From the NCBI GenBank assembly GCA_001244265.2, contig CDLV01000011.1, forward strand, positions 1,550,001-1,614,000: a stretch of DNA of 64,000 nucleotides, written 5' to 3'. Source of the stretch: Microbotryum violaceum (taxonomy: Eukaryota). Positions 1-13,328 of the stretch are shown here, piece by piece. A model generated the notes under the pieces. It did not search any database. It saw nothing but the letters and a program-made list of their open reading frames with translations, and was not told the DNA's origin. How positions within the stretch are numbered: the stretch's first letter is position 1; each line of letters opens with the position of its first letter. The translations under genes and the position numbers were made by a program.

Positions 1-503
1 CCGTTCCTTCTGTGCCACCGGAATGCAGCGCCGATCTTCGCAGTGAGGTCTCTCCTCTGCGTCCCTCTGACCAACTTGTCGACAGCCGCTAATGAGACAC
101 GCTCGCTTGCAGGAGGCATTGCTTCGATTCGGCACGGTCACGCGCGGCGTCTGGGACTCCGATCTTGAATTCCAGACCGAGGCCCTGTCGATTTTCTCCA
201 CTGCACTCGCGACGGCCCGTTCCGACCTGCACAAGCTCGTACGTGCCTTGAATTCTACCTCGCTCTCGCCATTGTACTGAACTTGGAACCCTTGAAGGTG
301 TTGAACGCACCCATTTGCACAATCAGATTGGCCGAGTACAACGAAAGGAGATCGACATGCTTCAAGCACTGCGGGTATGGTACAAGGACTCTGGGACAAC
401 TTACACGGACGAGCACCTGGCATGGTGGTCTTTTCTGGTCAGTCACCGCATAGCCGAGTTGCGGAGCTCCCTGCAAGCTTACACGATTCGCGCCTCAATT
501 TGA
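1..503 (+). CDS. 3' end of an unidentified spliced gene (partial)
   Basis: GT..AG introns with ctaa/ctga branch-like sites between protein-like segments (EALLRFGTVTRGVWDSD..., QALRVWYKDSG...RASI*); no family recognised. Confidence 0.25.
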
Positions 504-1687
504 TCCGCAGCGCCTCGTCGAACAGACTGTCGTGGAGAGGGGGTTCGAAGACACCAAGAGGGACTTTTGGCTCCACCTTAGCGGCATTGCCACCACCGTG
601 GCCAACAAAGCAGCCGAGCGATTCTTCCGCCCCAGATTCTGCCCCAATGGAACTTTCGACTGTTCGACGTACGTCCCTTGACTCACTACCTCGCAGCCCC
701 CTGCCGTTAGCAAACATGGCGCTGACCGGCTGGGCCCACCTGCTCGATCAGCTTCCTCTACCGCGCGGTCGTGTCCCAGTTCTATGACGCTGACGCCTCT
801 CCCACGACGACCCAACCCAAGGTCTCGACCACGGACTCGACATTCCAAGCACAATGCATGGCCGTGATTACGACTTGTCAACCCGTCGCCGACTTTCAAC
901 GTCTAGTTCTCGTGAGTGCATACTACCCACTCTTCCGGCCCTTCTAAAACCTTCCGCGCACACACTAAAAGTTCGCGTGCCGCCCTACGTACATCCGTCC
1001 GACAGGAGGCGGTGCAACGAAAGGAGAAGGGATAGTCTAGGGTAAAGCGGGCGTGAGATTTGGGAGTTGAGTGGGACGACAGTGGCCGTCGTCGAAGCCC
1101 GATCAGTGATGACAATTTACCGCGCCGTGGGCGAACTCGCGTCAGTTTTAGCCTCGTGGCAGTGCACGCTTGAGTAGGGACGTTCTCTAGGTATGTAAAT
1201 ATTGCAATTCGTTTTTTTTACCTCGTCGAACTATACCAACAGGACTGCTGGATTGATGCATCAACACCAGGATTTACACGGGGCTGTTGCGGGAGTCGTG
1301 GCTGATCCCTATAGCATCCACATAGCTATTGCATGGCGTCGATGCCGTAATCACCCCCCAAGGCGCGGCGATGAATACTCGGTGACACCCGGCAGCCGTC
1401 GACGCGGGTTTGAACTTCAACTTCAAAGCGGTGGTCACTTTAGAGCCGAACGATTCAGAGCAAGGTGGCAGGGTTCGACGGAATACAACAACCATTTCAA
1501 GTTGCTCCCAAGACAGCTTCGAGACAGTTCCCAAGACACGAGGAGATTCTGACGAATGGTGAAGAAAACGTCGTACCCGCCGTCCGGGTCTTCTACTTCA
1601 TCCCCAGGCGCGTCGAAAAACACGTATCCCGCACCAGCATTTATGTCACTCCCAAAACAATGTAGCCTGAACTGTAATCATCCTATC

Positions 1688-1797
1688 GGGCTATAATAAG
1701 TGACTGACGAGCGTGTAATCCAACCGTCAGTTAATTACATATTATAGTAGCCGTAATGCTAGATGTACGTACCTGACGAGCGTGTAATCTAACCGTG
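1688..1797. repeat. Imperfect hairpin plus 24-bp direct repeat
   Basis: ctataata..actgacg pairs with cgtcagt..tattatag (1691-1747); ctgacgagcgtgtaatc(c/t)aaccgt occurs at ~1704 and ~1773. Confidence 0.6.
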
Positions 1798-2194
1798 GAG
1801 AGAAGACACCGGTTGGTGCGCATCGCCAGGCTTCACTAAACAAACGCACGCTTCTAATTAAATAACCGATAGCCGCCTTCCTGCTAATCCTCATTCACAA
1901 CACACCAACTGCTATTATCGTTCCTGGCCCAGCCGATTGAGCCACGTTTGAGTACGCAGTCAATGGTGTGTGAGCGAATGGCGTGCTCGGCGTCAAATTG
2001 GAGCAGCAGCAAAGAGGTCGATTACAAACAATGAAATCCAACATGAGGGTTCTAGGGATGCGGTAATATAAGGGGTCATCAAAGTAGACATGATCGAAAG
2101 GACAGGATAGACGGTCAAAAAATAGGTAGGTAATGCCGGGACACGTAAATGATACAGATGGCAGACACGCGAACAAAAGGAAATCCCTCTCAAC

Positions 2195-4040
2195 TCAAAG
2201 CGCCGTGAACTTTGAGGGGTCAGACGACATCGGACTTGCGCCAATCCCACCGACGGCTTTTTGATCTTGCCATGATGCAGGAGAGACGGAATCGTTCGTA
2301 TTCGAGATGTACTCGATCGCCAACCTCGGACCATTGACGGGGAGGAAGACCCAAAAGAAAGGACCCTTCTCGAACCACTTCAATTGTCGCTGTTCGACCC
2401 TTGCGCGATGATGATGAGCACCAAAGAGGGTGAAGCGTAGTGCTTGGACGACTTGTTGGATGAGGTTGGCGTTGTGCGCTTCGAAGCGCAGTTGCTCAAT
2501 CAAAGATTGCTGTGCATGGCGTTCCTGGGCGGCTTCTTCGAGGCGTTGTTCGAGTAGCAAGAAACGCTCTTCGGACGATAATCGAAGGTACTCTTCTTTG
2601 CGATCAAATCTGAAAAGACGGGAGCTTCAGTCAGCGTCGGTTCCGATCGCCTCGGATGATCAGTCGGCGATTACCTTCGGACGGCCTTGGAGAGCTGCGA
2701 GAGGGGAACATCGACGCCATCTCGCAAGTTGCGCACGTCATCCTTGGTAGCAAACGCACGAGTGAGCTGTTGAGGGCCACAGCGGTAGTCGTCAGTGTCG
2801 TGATCACGAGTGCGGTGCGACGACAATGCCTCTCACCTGCGAGAGATCCTGTTCGAGCGTTTCGATGCGTCGACGTAGAAAGTGGACTTCGGTAGATGGA
2901 TACCACACCTGCTCTTGATGATAGAGTGAATCTGCGGGAGTTAGAAAGATATGATGAACAACGATCATACAAGAGTCGCTTATAGAGGCAAGTCAACCTA
3001 CTGTGCTGGACGAGCTTGGCGAAGTGCAAGAAAGGCTTGACGCTCGTTGCGACCGCAAAGATCGAAATGAGGAAGCGGTTGATGTATCGATCCGGGTCGC
3101 TGAGCAGACCTCGAGCATAGTACAGCAAGCCACTTCCTGCGGCAGGTACGAGCATCGTCACTAGCAAAGACAAGAGTTCGGTCTTCTTCAATTGCCTGAC
3201 CGAGTAGTCCCTCCTTTCGGCCTGCTGCGGATCGTAGCCTTCTTGTCCCGGCTTGGGCAGAGCTGTGTCGAGCACGACCCGCGCATGGGACGCGTAGTAT
3301 ATGTCCCAGGGTACCTTGATGAGTTGGTAGAGGTAGAAGCACACGATCGTGATGACGATACCGTCGGACCAGTTCTCGGCGCGTCCGTGGATGACGGCTC
3401 CAAGTGGGGGCAGAATGACGAGGAACAAGGGCAAATGATGCCAACCCTGCGTTTTTTCTATGGTATCATGGTGGGTCTGGAGTATATCAAAGCCATGCTT
3501 CTCAGTATCCGACTTGTGCTGTCAACTGCACGAATGGAAACTGACGTTCCACTCCTCCTCGGTGTCGAACATGTCGGGATGCTTCGGCGGTTGGATCGGT
3601 ATCCTCGCGCTGTTGAGCCCATTCATCGACGACGAAGACGGTCGACGGCCCTCTGCACGTCCTCCCAAAGCGGATGTTCGACGTCGAATGGATGCTGAAC
3701 TGGCTCCTCCGAACGATGAGCGAGGACCAAGTGGCGCCCCTCCGACGGATGCTGAGCCCGACGGTTGCGCCAAAGCCGAAGCCGATGCGCCGCCACTGCT
3801 GTTGGACCTCCTCATGAGCGGGGGTGAGGTGCCTTGGGTGCCCGCTCGCTTGGACGAGGTCGAGGCAGTTGAGGAAGGCCGGAGGGGTGGTGAAGGTGGT
3901 GCGACACGGTCATAGTCTTCCTCTTCGTCGTAAACATCCCCACGGTAGCCGTCGTCATGCTGTGGTGGCTGCTGCGCCTGGGTGTGACGTCGCGTCGCGG
4001 CGGTGGTGCTGCTCCTCGAAGCGTACGACAAGCTGGCCAT
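2195..4040 (-). CDS. Conserved fungal membrane protein of unknown function (multi-exon; low-complexity N-terminus, TM helices, C-terminal coiled coil)
   Basis: ORF pieces 3522-4040, 2631-3434 (PLFLVILPPLGAVIHG..WSDGIVITIVCFYLYQLIKVPWDIYYAS) and 2195-2560 joined by GT-AG introns. Confidence 0.7.
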
Positions 4041-5258
4041 GATGGGGGTCGATCACTCGCGTTTTGAGTGTTGACAGGTAGTACCCGTCGTGTCAAGTGC
4101 TGCAACGATCGCGTCTGGGCCGGTGAGGACCTTTCGAAGGGAAATGGAGTCTGGAGAGTGAGCCGACCAGGTCGTGTGCAGCTCGATCAGTCAGACCCAA
4201 GTCTACGGGCGATCGATCGACGTGACCAAAAGGAAGCGAGAATGAGTCGCAAGTCCGGGTCGCGGAGTTGGCGGTCAAGCACGCGTGATGTCACGGTCTC
4301 GTCAACCCGCCAAGAGCCGATCGCAGACCTTCCACGAGGAAGATTACTCCGATTTTTCAAGTGCAGTGGGCAACCGAACCTTGGGCTTTTGAAGATGCAT
4401 CCTTCCTTGTGCTTCTCCCCTCGGCGCCCGCACGGCCCCACCCGCACCTCGCTCCTCGAGCCCAAAAAGAGCCCTCGCTCCCTCTTCACGCGCCCTGATT
4501 TGTACTGTGAAATCGAACCTCATTCTCGCGCTCACGTGACCGTGGCGCCATCATGATGGGGAACATTCTTCGCGCGGAATCACCAAGACGAGCGTCACCG
4601 TCGTGCAGAACAGACCAAGATATGGGCATAACATGCTTTGATACTTGATTTCGACAAATCACGGAAATATCTCACCTAGATGATGAGTACTCACTGAAGT
4701 GGGTTCGAATTCCCCGAAAGTGCTGGCCGGTCGGGGCACCAGCCGTCGCAGGCCCGCGCTAGCCGCGCTCCCTCCGCTCTTCAGACTCTACCGCGCACCG
4801 AGCACCCATGTCATCCCCCACCACGGGACCCAGTCTCGAAGTCGTTCTCGTAGCACGTAATGATGAACATGATGCCCAAGGCAACCCTTTGACCACGGAC
4901 TACACGCTCCGACTTGCCCTAGCGAGAGGTCCGTCTTTCGTGTCAGGGGCTATTTGAGCGCTGGACAGGTCGATGGCAAGCTGATCAATCCGATGGCTTG
5001 CGTTACAGGGCAATCGGGATCGATTACCAAGACCATCACAGAGGCGTAGGTGCCTAGATACCACATGGCAAGGCCCACTGCACCTGCTAACGAGTCGCCC
5101 CTCTTCCTCGGGATCTTCAGACCCCCATCAGCGTGGCCCGGAGCACCATCAAATCTATCCGACCAAAACTCGAGGCCTGATCGAATCAATCAGTTAAATA
5201 TCTTCAAATCGCTTGTTTATGAGGTCGTCCCCGGCTGACCGCGCTTGGTTCCCCACAG

Positions 5259-7103
5259 AACCGAGCGGATCCGATCCTTGTCGGGGTTCTCCCCCTTTGG
5301 TTCGGACGAGACGGACGAGTTCGCGACGTGGAACATCGGTAGAGAAACAATGCTTTCGTCGAGAAGTGTACGCATTTTACTTGTACTCGTTTCAGGTCAA
5401 GGAAGTGAATTGCGTCGCTGATGCCCTCCAGGGATTGTACCGGTCCCCAGCTCAGAGAAGGGTGCGAAGACGATTTCAGGGGCTTTGCCGAAAAGAGCGA
5501 CCATACAGAGGTAAGCGTTCTATTGTCCTTGATATAGACTTGGAAATGTTTAGACTGATGCTCTTACTATAGGGATTTATGATTACAACGCCGGTATCGG
5601 ATGCCTTCTCGGGACTGTCGGCGACGCTCCTCGAGATTTTGAGGGACGACTTTACGAAATCGAGCGTTTTCACGACGGCGATGATCTCGGACGCGTTCGC
5701 GTGGAAGAGGGAGGATACAGAGGTTCGTAAATGTCTAAACTATTTCGAAACAGAGTTGACATTGACTCGCATCGAAGTTGTGTCCCAGCAGAGGAGTAAG
5801 AAGCAACGACTTTTGAACCTCGGGTTCTCACTCCAACACCTCGAGGAGATGTCGTCATTATTGCTGCCGATACAGCCCCCGCGAGCATGGCAAGACAACG
5901 AACCCTGGACAAGATTTTTGCGACAGGAGGTGAGTATTGCAACTTTTATAAGAGCCACTCGAGTAAGCAGACTAAGCCGAGGGAGACTTTCTTAACGCAG
6001 ATCGATCGGAGAGCAGCGTATGACCAAGTTTTGACAACACACCTTCAGAGCGCCAATACTGAGCTGAGGTGAGTAAATCGATCGGGATGTACGGCTGTGT
6101 CATTGCCATGACCTGACTGAAGCTTCGACTCGATTCCCAGAGAGCCTGATGGGCTGAACCAGACAGTCGCTCAGCTCAACTGGCGTGGTGACAACAAGAT
6201 CTGTCATCTCGTCGGTGCAACCCCCTTATTACCAGCCGAACATCTCGCCGGAGATACGGGACAACGGAAACTCAAGGAGTCAATGATGGACTTTTCCGTC
6301 CTGCCTTTCGGAAGCGACGAGGAAGCCAAGGTAGGCTTTCCCCGAGAAACATCAGACGCCAACTGGGGCAAAGCTGACTGAAATTCGGTGGTTGTCCTAC
6401 AGAACAAGCCCCGAACGACTTCGACGCCATTTGCTCAGTATTCGGTTGTGCGTGGCTACGAGTTTGAGGAGACACAAGAGCTTGGTCCTATCCTGGAGCG
6501 AGCGTCGCTGCCCCTCAAAGAACCTCTGGCGCAATGGTGAGTACAAGCTCTTTCGTCACGTCATCCGAGGGGCCTTGCACCACTGAAAGCCCAGTCCTGT
6601 GCCGTCTTGTTCCTACCAGGGTCTGCCTTCCCCCACCTTACCCGATCCTCCCTTCGTCACTCCCGATCTTCCGCTCCCTCCTCCCCAACGGTCGACCCCT
6701 GATCATTTCCGCGCCCCTCCCAACGGACCCTTACTCCCCCGCCGGCCTCTTCGGTCTTCCCGACCCTCTCTTCCCCACCAGCGATTCCTACATAGTCCAA
6801 CCTTCCTCCATCCCCATTATAACAACCCTCTCCACGACTCCGGACGCGAAATACCTTTTACGACATCTCGTCCGAGAAACAAGGGAACTGATCCGCGTTA
6901 GAGATGGGGTTTTGAAACAGTATGAGGAAGGGGAATATTCTTTGGGAAGAGAAGGTACTTTGGAGATGGTGGAGAGGTTGGAGACACTTGTGAGTGGATT
7001 GGGTGGGGAGGACGAGGATGAGGAGGATGAGGATGGGGGGAGGGACGAGGACGAGAATTGGGATGATACGGAGCCGAAAGAGGAGGATTGGGATATGGAT
7101 TGA
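5259..7103 (+). CDS. DML1: Misato/DML1 tubulin-related protein (mitochondrial distribution / mtDNA inheritance); 5' exons upstream of 5259 not resolved
   Basis: Spliced reading FATWNIGRETM..|LREGCEDDFRGFAEKSDHTE|GFMITTPVSDAFSGLSATLLEILRDDF resembles the Misato tubulin-like core; acidic tail ends at TGA 7103. Confidence 0.75.
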
Positions 7104-7789
7104 GTGGAGGGGAAGTAGGAGATTTTCGAATGGAATGTATTCGTATGAGCGGAGTAAAGTAAAAATGGACAGCAGGAGAGGGAACGCCGTGCGAGCTTTT
7201 CGTCAATTTCCTTGAATCTGTCTGCGGCCGTCGAAGACGTTGTCGGGGTGGTCCTTCGTTCTCAAGCTCGAGGCGAGCGGGCAGGGCTCTAGGTCGCCCA
7301 GAAGAGTTCGGATGGTTGAAGAAGCCTCTTGACACATATCATTGGCAACCATCGGCAAATGTCGAGTCTTGGGTGGCGGAGTCGGCAGCGGCAAAGATGA
7401 GAGCTTGCATGCTCCTCGACGAGCGACCTGTCGCATCGGACGGTGCGGCGCAGGAATCGGACGCAGTCTTCCCCCTCGAGTGAGATCTGATTCGGCACCG
7501 GACATTGCGGCGACAGGAATCGAGCGCACTCTGTCTGCAGGGCCGCGAAAAGTTCGAGCTACACTACTGGGTCGTGCTGATGTTGAGCCGATGCAATGAA
7601 GCTGAAAAACCCATAATCACGTGACTTTTTGCCTCTCTGGCCACGACCTAATTCAAGAGCCAACTATTTTTAGGGGGGGAGGTTCAATACCCTTATACTG
7701 TTGCACTTCAAGACTCGAAGATCGAACAATGATGCGAGGGAATTTCAAGGCTAGAGAGACAGCGAGTACCTCCGAACTACTCGGTGCGA

Positions 7790-8625
7790 GGGCCCGGACG
7801 AGTCGGCCGGCGTCCGCGGCAAAAAGGTCCTGGAGCAGCTAGTAGCTCATTGGGCTCATAACCTATGAGGAGCAGCGCAGTGAGCAAACGAAGATGCCGA
7901 GTAGAAGTGGATAGGTAACGTTATTGAAGTTGGTACTGAAGAGGCGGGTGGCGACAAGCACTTGTTCAATGTCGAGGTTCCCTTGACGAATCTCTCTGGC
8001 GAGATCGAGATCGTGGTTGAGGTGCTTGTCAAAATCGTCCTTGGAGGAAAGCGGAATCTGGGGCATCGATCAGAATTGCTGGATGAGTTTAGCGTACGCC
8101 TGGGCGTCCCGAGGCGAGTAGCGCTCCTTCAGAGTGATGTAGACTTGAGAGGGGGTATCGTCTTCTTGGTAGACGTCTTGAATGGATGGGTGCAGCGAGT
8201 TGAAGAGGACGCTTCGTACGTAGTCCTTCCTCCGTCCCGCGTGTTCCTACTGCCACGTCGATCACGTTCGAGGCGGTCAATCGACTTGAGGACGAAGCAA
8301 TCTACCGGCGGTGGCATTCTGCACTAAAAGCGTTAGTGCCCATACCCATCTTCTCGTATCTACAAACTTCCCAGCTGAACGGTCCATCGTATGCAGGACC
8401 AGTGGAAGGACTACGTACGAAGCGTCCTCTTCAACTCGCTGCACCCATCCATTCAAGACGTCTACCAAGAAGACGATACCCCCTCTCAAGTCTATACATC
8501 ACTCTGAAGGAGCGCTACTCGCCTCGGGACGCTCAGGCGTACGCTAAACTCATCCAGCAATTCTGGTCGATGCCCCAGATTCCGCTTTCCTCCAAGGGCG
8601 ACTTTGACAAGCACCTCAATCACGA
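7790..8625. mobile_element. Fragmented Ty1/copia relic: PBS/leader (minus strand) and gag fragments in both orientations
   Basis: Reverse-strand GGTTATGAGCCC at ~7852-7863; gag-like peptide VRSVLFNSLHPSIQDVYQEDDTPSQVYITLKERYSPRDAQAYAKLIQQFW. Confidence 0.65.
8011..8625. repeat. ~220-bp inverted repeat (arms 8011-8230 and 8404-8625, ~173-bp spacer)
   Basis: Arms are near-exact reverse complements, differing by a few substitutions and a 2-nt indel. Confidence 0.95.
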
Positions 8626-9034
8626 ATATGCACGAGGTGCGTCGGAATGTTTGAGGGCAAACACATCTGATTCGGGAGCAGATCGTTGGTCCGATTACTC
8701 GGAGTCGAGATGAGTCATCGATGGGAGACGAAAGCCGCGGGCGTATCCTGGAAGCTCATCTCGGTCTCTCGCAGACCGCAATGCTGTGAAGCATGAAGAG
8801 ACAAGTGGACGGCTGGAGGTAAAGAGGGCCCCGGCCGGCGCGGCGAGCGCAGGCGAGTGCCGCGCGCTACTGCGAACTATTGGTCTTTTCGGCTTTTGCT
8901 GCACCAGTGGGAACCCGTTAAATTGACGGGATGACGAAATTCAAATAGCAGGAGCCCATTGCAGATGAACATGAGGAGGGAAAGTGCGTACAAAATACAA
9001 AAACAACCATAGAAGAGAGAAAAAAACAGAGACG

Positions 9035-11453
9035 TCAGAAAGAAGATGAAAGAAAAAACTCACACTCGGAGTTTGACGATCGTCCCCAATCAACGAAGCA
9101 AAGACGACCATTGTTGGGTCGAACCAGTACGTTGCCGGCGCTGACATCATTGTGGATGATGCCAAGTTCCCTAAAAGTTGCCTCGATCTCCCTGCACGAC
9201 CAAGAGAACGAGGAAGAAGGATCAGAGGGTTAGGAATCCGCGCAGCCTCTTGACCCGCTTGCACATGGCTGGATCAGTGCGCCGCTGCCCTGCAGGAACT
9301 TACCACAATTGGCCGGGCGATTCGTAGAAGTCAAGGTCGTTTATCGTCATTCCCACATTCTCAAGTACCATGGCGTATCCGTTACCATTGGTCCTTCGGT
9401 ACGTCCCGTGATATTGCGGCAGATGTTTTTGAAGATAGTCGGGAAGGTGGGGGAAGACGTGCTGGTAGAACAGCGTCTCGCGGATGATCGAGCCGACGTA
9501 ATTACACGTCACGAACTTGAGAAAGTACCTCGTGTTCGGAGCAGGGTGATCAACAAAGGGTACCTCGGCTTTGGCCGATGAGGACAAAGGTAGGTTGACT
9601 CGCACCACGTTCGCAAGCCACCCGCCGGCAGTACTTCCCGTTCCAACCTGCTTCTCCAGACGAAGATCCGCAGTGGGCTCGAACCGATCCAAGAGTTCGA
9701 GGGGCATTCGATCGTCCTCGAGCTCTTCCCGCGGGTTTTCGGACAGCCATCGTAAAACAGCATCGGACAAATGGAGGCCCCGGATAAAATCGCTCGCTGG
9801 TGAAGGTTACGACGACAGACGGGACGGAAGGGGCGAGTCGAAAGGAATCGAAGAGACGATATCAAAGCCGATCTCGACCAGGTCCACGCGGCTCGTGCCC
9901 GTGTACGACTGCGCAATAGCATGAAGTTAACGATCCTTTCTGTGAGCTGGGCTACAAGGGCTAGGACGGGAGCAGCATGGTAGAGCGCGTAACGCACCAT
10001 CGTAGACCAGTGCGCGTTCGACAAGCTGGCCTTGATCACGAACTCGCGATCTTGAACTATTATGATCGATTTCGACGGGAGGCGCGAGCCGGAGAGCGGC
10101 GAGGACGTAGGACTCCAATCCGTCGATGCAGGAGGGGACGAGAAGATGCGAGTGACAGGCGTCAACGGGTCGGATGAGGTATCAGATTGCAACCCTACGG
10201 AGACGGGCGGGGTGATGGGTCGATTCGAATCCTTGGCTTGAGCTAGCGGTGGTTGGACTGCCAGTCGCCCCGAAGAACGAGCACCGGTGGCGTCGGCTGA
10301 AGTCTCCTGGGCTTTTTGGACCCGCGGGGAGGGATCATAGTCAGGGTCCGAGTCTGGCTCGGAGCAAGGTCGAGGCCGATTCGGAGGCTGGACTTGGGTA
10401 ACGAGCAGTGAATCGACGACGGCTTGGTCCGGCTTGGGTACTTCGATCACGGCTGTGAAAGCCAGGGCGATGAAGGACACGAAGAGTGACCGTCGTGGAA
10501 GGTCGGTGCCCAGTGTTTCGGCCGCCTCTGGGTTCAAGGTCGTCGGAGAGGGTTCTACCCATCGGGCAAAGATGCAACGTACTCAGTTCACCGATCTGGA
10601 AGAACGGAATCGACACCAACTAAAAGAATCGACTATCGCTGGAGACGCGTTGAATGATGGCCTTTACGAGCATGTGAAACGGCAAATGAGTAAAGCCAGA
10701 GCCCCAATATTCGGGACCGGATCGAGAAAGCGTTTGTCTAGATGCGTGGCTCACCTTGGTTGCCAGAGCATCTGCGCCCTTCGACATTTCTTCCTCTAAA
10801 TCATACTGAATATGCGAGAGGGCGCCCTCCTGGAGTACCTTGGCCAAGCGATGATGTACGTTGTCCCACTGGTATTCGATCGAGATATTTGAAACGACGT
10901 TGCCAGCCCCACGTTGAATGTAGAGGACAACATCGCCCTGCGTGCGCGGACCGTGTACTGGGGTGTCGTCGCGGAGGTCGATGCGGGAGCGGAAGAAGTT
11001 CCGACGGCCTCGGTGATCGCGGCGTGATGGTTGAGCAGCGTCGCCGGATTGTAAACCGCCAAAGAAGAGGCCTCCAAAGGAAACTTTGGCGTTGTCCTCG
11101 CTCTTCCGAGGCAAGCGGCGGCGAGGAGCATTGCTGAGGGCGTCCAGGTTCTCCTCGCGGAACAGCTCCAGCAATGATGGGTGTTGCTCCATTAAGTCGA
11201 AGAAAGAGCTAAGAACCCTGACGCCAGGTGACGCGGGTGTGTCCCATTTCAATCCTCCCAACCGTGCAACGCAATCGTAGGCGGTCGTCCCAGCATCGGC
11301 TCGAACGCGCGAAACAATTGAGTGACACGCTCCATCGTGGTCCCGTGGCGGGAGAAACCAGCTGGATGGAGCACAAGTGGCGAGAATTCGGGTGAGCGTT
11401 GGTGGCCAAGACTTGGTGGAAACATTTGGCGTCGCTTCGTTGGAAGAAGCCAT
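9035..11453 (-). pseudogene. Crinkler-like protein: degenerate PD-(D/E)xK REase-like region plus C-terminal protein kinase-like domain; disrupted
   Basis: Kinase motifs VGTGSTAG, FLKFV, IIHNDVSAGNVLV, FVDWG; upstream TQGDVVL..ISIEYQ; in-frame TAG at 10620, TAA at ~9807 and a frame change near 10580. Confidence 0.65.
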
Positions 11454-11615
11454 ACAGAGCGAGACGCTGGAGGTAGTGAGGCCCCAAGTGGACCGCTGGA
11501 AGTAGTAAGTGAGGCCCCTTGAAGTGGACGGCTGAGCTGAGGTAAAGAGAGCCCCAGTGACCTTCTCGTCCCTTGGCCTTCGCGCGCATACATCCAGCGC
11601 AGCGAGGAGGTCAAC

Positions 11616-13109
11616 ATGGCCGGCGGCTCTGCTTCGAATGGCTGTGAGCGCTCTATGAACGACATATGACCGATACTTTCATATGAGAGAACGTACTGAC
11701 CCTGTTTGCACGTTGACTGCTCCTGCTCCGACGCGGACAGTCACCGCTCCTTCGATTAATCATTCTCCCGGGTTCGAATACATCGCAGGTGAGTGAGAGA
11801 GGATCATCATCAGGCATGCCTAAGACCCGTTCGGCCATGGCTGATTGACCACTTCTCGCAGCTTATGACGAACTACTGGAGCAGATCGCCATCACGAACG
11901 TCGTAGAGTGAGTGTGACGTCGAGTCCGAGCCTGCTTTGATGAGGCTGCGCGCGTGGGGAGAGCCGTAGTGCTGATGATACCACTGCTTCATGCATTGCA
12001 GTGCCGACTGGCGTATCCTGCGAGACATGCTCAAACATAAACTGGCCGAGGTGCGCATGTTTGGAGGGCAGGACCTAACCTAGGAGCGCGAATCGGCGAG
12101 CTGACTGTTGTGCCCAAATCGTACAGAACATCAACGTCTTCCTCACGTTGGGTCCGCCGTGGCCACTTTCACCCGAAGATGCTTTCAAAGCCCGGGGAGG
12201 TGCCTACGACGCGCTCGATCAGTTCACAGGGTTAGTTCCTCCTGTCCGACGCCTCCTCGGCCCTCTCTCGATTGAAGCTGGCTTTGACGCGAGCCTCGCA
12301 CCCCGAGCAGACCCCCCTTCACGATTCAACGCCTTTGCGAACTCATTCTGTACCCTCAAAAGCACTACAACTCACTGCCCAAATACCTCCGAGCCCTAAT
12401 GCGCGTCGTGAGCGTCGCTTCGACCCGATCGGCGTTCAACGAGGACGAAACTTTTGTCGAACCCTTCGCCTCGACATCAGCCACGACCTTGGACGGCGCA
12501 CCGATCGTGACCGCGCACCATACCACGGCCAGTGCATCCCCCTTACCTTCCCCGACGATGCCGACGCGTCGACCGAGCGTACCGAGGAGTCCGTCGTCCA
12601 GTCCGGGGGCGTTACCCGTTGTCGTCCCTTTGCTCAGTCCGATCCCTTGGCTCATCAAGACTTCGGCCGATGGGGATGGGGACGAGAGTGTCGAAGAGAT
12701 GGATCTGTCCAATACCTCGACAGCGCACGACTTTCACTCTTCGTCGTCGCCCAGTCGAAGTTCTGACGGAGGGCGTTCCCCGATCCGAGGACTCGGAACG
12801 GCTCGTCGATCGCATTCCCCACCTTCTCCAAGTCAACTCAACAACCACCCAGGGAATCACACGACCCCTACGGGAGGAGTCGTTGACGAAGTCGATCCCG
12901 GATCGGGAGGGAGCGAAGTTGTGGATCCTGTCGCTCTTAGTAGCGCGACGGAGATCGCGCCGAGACCGGCGGATTCTTTGTTGGGTGCTCAGGGGTCGAG
13001 TGAGAGTTTGCGGGAACGATTCGTCCGGGCTAGTAGTCCAAGGGTGGATCTGCCGGAGGAAAACGCGGACGAAGGGGATGTTGAGGCGAAGGCAGGGGAG
13101 GAGAGGTAG
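11616..13109 (+). CDS. PPP4R2: Serine/threonine protein phosphatase 4 regulatory subunit 2 (PPP4R2/Psy4 family)
   Basis: Spliced MAGGSASNG|FTAPS..FEYIA|AYDELLEQ..|..WRILRDMLKHKLAE|..|PPFTIQRLCELILYPQKHYNSLPKYLRAL; the PPFTIQRLCEL motif is characteristic. Confidence 0.85.
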
Positions 13110-13328
13110 GCTTAGTATAGATGAACTTACAATGTGACAATGTAAACAAGGGTGGTGTCTGGCACACAAGTCTTTTCTTTTGATGAGATGGATATTTGAT
13201 CTGTTTGTTCCCTTGCTGCCTCGGCCGAGTGCAATCGAGCTCCTTTCCCGATCCCCGCGTCATTGTGCGACGCACGGAAGGTTCTCCGCATCCATGGCGT
13301 CCTCCCCTCCATTCCCTCAGCAAAGATC

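Noticed and set aside
1704-1797. Hammerhead ribozyme (CUGACGA core, twice)
   Set aside because: No stem II followed by GAAA, and no stem III/cleavage triplet arrangement.
10620-10622. A-to-I editable premature TAG in the kinase gene
   Set aside because: The gene also has an in-frame TAA (~9807) and a frame change, so ordinary decay is the simpler explanation.
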